From contig CAVVXN010000001.1 of the NCBI GenBank assembly GCA_963752285.1, positions 480,001-544,000 of the forward strand: a stretch of DNA of 64,000 nt. The letters run 5' to 3'. The stretch is from an uncultured Planctomycetota bacterium. Lineage in GTDB: Bacteria > Planctomycetota > PLA2 > JAEUHO01. The translations under genes were made by a program, and so were the position numbers. This document shows positions 61,483 through 64,000 of the stretch, in pieces. A model generated the notes under the pieces. The model saw only the letters and a list, made by a program, of their open reading frames with translations. It was not told the DNA's origin and searched no databases. Each line of letters opens with the position of its first letter. Within the stretch, counting starts at the first letter, position 1.

Positions 61483-62898
61483 TCAGCGCGCGCCGCCGCC
61501 CGCCCGGGCCGCGGCGCGCGCGTCCGTTCGGCAGTCGTCGCGGCTCGCGATCACGTCCATCTCGCCGCGCCCGTCGAGCGCGCGGCGCAAGGCGTCCACG
61601 CCTTTTGCCACCTGGTCCCGCTCCCGTTCGGGGAAGCGGAGTCGGATCGTCATGTCGCAGCGGTCTCCCTCGATGGCGCCGACGAGGCGCGGCGCGAGGA
61701 GGTCCACGATCTCCGACGCGTGCTGGAACCGGTCGGCGGGGCGCTTCTTCGTCGTGCGGCGGATCACCTCCGCGACGTCCTCCGGCACGTTCACAATCCG
61801 CTCCGCGGGGTCCGGGAACGGCTCCTTCAGATGGGCGTCGAAGATCCGCTCGATCTCGCGGTACGGGAACGGGGAACAGCCGGTGAGCAGGCGGTAGGCC
61901 GTCGCGCCGAGCGAGTAGAGGTCGGAGCGCCCGTCCACGGGTCGGCCCTCGATCGCCTCGGGCGCCACGTACGCGGGGCTGCAGAGCAGCTCTTCGTCCG
62001 GGTCGGTCTTCCGGTCCACCTGCCCGGTCGCGATGCCGAAGTCCACGAGGCGCAGGCTGCCGTCGGGGAGGAGGAAGAGGTTGCTCGGCTTGAGGTCGCG
62101 GTGCACGACGCCGAGGTCGTGGGCGTACGCGAGCGCCGAGGCGACCTCGTAGAGCACGCGACGCACGGCGTCGCCGTCGAGCGGGCCCTCGCGCGTCAGG
62201 TGTCGCTCGAGGTCGGTCCCCTCGAGCCGCTCCATGACGATGAAGTAGGTTCGGTACGCCTCCTCCATGTCGTAGACCTGCACGATGTTCTCGTGGCGGA
62301 GGGAGGCGAGGACGCGGGCCTCGTTCCGGAAGCGCTGGCACATGTCGCCGTGGAAGACGAGCGAGTGCGAGAGCATCTTCACGGCGACGGGTCGTCGCAT
62401 CTCGACGTGGTAGCCCTCGAACACCGTGGCCATGCTGCCGCGGCCGAGCACCCCGACGAGGTGGTACTTGCCCACCCGGCGCATCGTGTCCGACTCGAGG
62501 ATCCGTCTCCCCAGGATCTCGGTCAGGAACGCGGCCAGCGGGGGGTGGGCGCGGAGCTGCGCTTCCAGGTGCTCCCGCTCGATCACCATGCAGGAGCATT
62601 CGGAGACCGCCACCACGTCCGCGGTGCGGGGCTGCCCCGTGAGGAGCGCCATCTCGCCGAAGAGGTCACCCTGGCCGAGGTGCGTGGTGAAGCGGACGCG
62701 GCCGTCGTCGCCGGGGACGCGGATCTCGACCTGGCCCTCCAGGATCACGAACATCGCGTCGCCCGGCTCCCCGCACCGGACGATCGTGGTCCCCGGCGGG
62801 TACACCCTCCGCTCCGAGCGCTCCAGCAGGCGGTGGGCCTCCTCGCGCGACAGGGTGTGGAACGCGTCGAGGCTGCGGAGGAAGGTGAGCTCGGCCAT
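61483..62898 (-). CDS. Cyclic-nucleotide-binding domain / Ser/Thr kinase fusion
   Basis: ATG 62898; GEPGDAMFVILEG..FGEMALLTGQPRTADV, then GRGSMATVF, VAVK, HRDLKPSN, DFG, YVAPE. Confidence 0.9.
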   Translation of the reverse strand: MAELTFLRSLDAFHTLSREEAHRLLERSERRVYPPGTTIVRCGEPGDAMFVILEGQVEIRVPGDDGRVRFTTHLGQGDLFGEMALLTGQPRTADVVAVSECSCMVIEREHLEAQLRAHPPLAAFLTEILGRRILESDTMRRVGKYHLVGVLGRGSMATVFEGYHVEMRRPVAVKMLSHSLVFHGDMCQRFRNEARVLASLRHENIVQVYDMEEAYRTYFIVMERLEGTDLERHLTREGPLDGDAVRRVLYEVASALAYAHDLGVVHRDLKPSNLFLLPDGSLRLVDFGIATGQVDRKTDPDEELLCSPAYVAPEAIEGRPVDGRSDLYSLGATAYRLLTGCSPFPYREIERIFDAHLKEPFPDPAERIVNVPEDVAEVIRRTTKKRPADRFQHASEIVDLLAPRLVGAIEGDRCDMTIRLRFPERERDQVAKGVDALRRALDGRGEMDVIASRDDCRTDARAAARAGGGAR

Positions 62899-63049
62899 GT
62901 CCACGGAATGATACCGCCCGCCCGCGCCCGGATCGGCCCCCTCTGATCGTCCAACCGCCGCCCGAGGCTTGACCGAGTTCGACGGGGGCGGAATCGTTCG
63001 GATCGCCCCGCCCGGGCCCCCGGACCCGTTCTGGTATCTTCCCGGCCCC

Positions 63050-64000
63050 ATGGAAGCGCGCGCCGTCTTCGATCAGAGCCTCGGGTACTTCCTTCGCCCC
63101 ATCGCCGACCTGTTGGACGACGCGTCCGTCAGCGAGGTGATGATCAACGGCCCGGACACGATCTACGTGGAGCGGAAGGGCAAGCTCGAGCGGGTCCCGA
63201 ACCGGTTCCCGGGCCACCACGACCTCCTCGCGTGCGCCCGCAACATCGCGCAGTTCTCGGGCAAGCGGATCGACGAGTTCGTCCCCCGATTCGACGGGCG
63301 GCTCCCCGACGGCTCCCGCGTGCACGTGGTCCTGCCGCCGTGCGGGCGGAACGGGATCACGGTCGCGATCCGCAAGTTCTCGAAGTCCACGCTCACCCTC
63401 GACCGTCTCGTCGAGTACGGATCGCTCTCGCCCCAGGGGCGCGAGCTCCTGGGCCTCCTCGTCTCCCTCGACAAGAACATCGTCGTCTCGGGGGGGACGG
63501 GCAGCGGGAAGACGGCGCTCCTGAACGCGCTCTCCGGGGCCATTCCCGGCCACGACCGGATCATCGTGATCGAGGACACCTCGGAGCTGCAGCTCCAGCA
63601 GGAGCACGTGGTCTCGCTCGAGGCGCGGGCTGCCGACCGGTACGGCCGGGGCGCCGTGACGATCCGGGACCTACTGCACTCCTCCCTGCGTCTGCGGCCG
63701 GACCGGATCATCGTCGGCGAGTGCCGCGGCGGCGAGGCGCTCGACATGATGCAGGCGATGAACTCGGGGCACGCGGGGTCCATGACCACCCTCCACGCGA
63801 ACAGCCCGCGCGACGCGCTGGCCCGCCTCGAGACCCTGGCCCTGCAGGCGGACGTGGAGATCCCGCTCCTCGCCATGCGGGCCCAGATCGCCTCCGCGGT
63901 GCACGTGATCCTGCAGACCGACCGGCTGTCGGACGGGAGCCGCAAGGTGGTGAACGTCAGCGAGGTCCTCCCGCTCGACACCGAGGGCCGCTACCAGACC
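63050..64000 (+). CDS. cpaF: CpaF/TadA-family pilus assembly ATPase (3'-partial)
   Basis: Not in the track because it has no stop in the window: SEVMINGPD, RLPDGSRV, IRKF, SGGTGSGKT, IEDTSEL, LRLRPDRIIVGECRGGEA, MNSGHAGSMTTLHAN. Confidence 0.92.
   Translation, partial: MEARAVFDQSLGYFLRPIADLLDDASVSEVMINGPDTIYVERKGKLERVPNRFPGHHDLLACARNIAQFSGKRIDEFVPRFDGRLPDGSRVHVVLPPCGRNGITVAIRKFSKSTLTLDRLVEYGSLSPQGRELLGLLVSLDKNIVVSGGTGSGKTALLNALSGAIPGHDRIIVIEDTSELQLQQEHVVSLEARAADRYGRGAVTIRDLLHSSLRLRPDRIIVGECRGGEALDMMQAMNSGHAGSMTTLHANSPRDALARLETLALQADVEIPLLAMRAQIASAVHVILQTDRLSDGSRKVVNVSEVLPLDTEGRYQT

Overview
Very GC-rich bacterial DNA. Gene content (DUF1800/DUF1501 pair, TIGR03790-like protein, several sigma54 activators, Hanks-type Ser/Thr kinases, many secreted proteins) suggests an uncultured Planctomycetota-like organism, but this is inference only. 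There are about 47 probable genes. I saw no rRNA, tRNA, CRISPR array or transposase, and most long ORFs in the track are GC-rich shadow ORFs. Main blocks in order: (i) M50 and S55 (SpoIVB-like) proteases; (ii) an FHA-GAF-sigma54 activator upstream of a Zn-ribbon Ser/Thr kinase and a PspA-like coiled-coil gene; (iii) two divergent candidate selenoprotein genes missed by the ORF track, each with an in-frame UGA followed by a bacterial SECIS-like hairpin whose loop starts AGU (a secreted thioredoxin-like protein with an N-terminal Gly-Cys-Sec-Gly motif, 13520-12780, and a 73-aa membrane protein starting Met-Thr-Sec, 14242-14463), separated by a sigma54 promoter and a CCUCCC-rich structured region; (iv) DUF1800/DUF1501, lemA, msrB, TlpA, gltA, Pat-type acetyltransferase, ComB-like, GH5; (v) a glgX-glgM(frameshifted)-glgE-treS/mak-glgB-treZ-malQ alpha-glucan operon lacking treY and abutting a truncated GNAT gene; (vi) secreted proteases, a hydrolase-parvulin fusion and an orphan peptide-binding protein; (vii) cystathionine beta-synthase, and a heme-c-motif sensor kinase plus sigma54 regulator divergent from a HybA/HybB-like pair with no catalytic subunit; (viii) a cNMP-domain kinase and a partial cpaF. 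All calls come from reading motifs by eye; no database searches were run.
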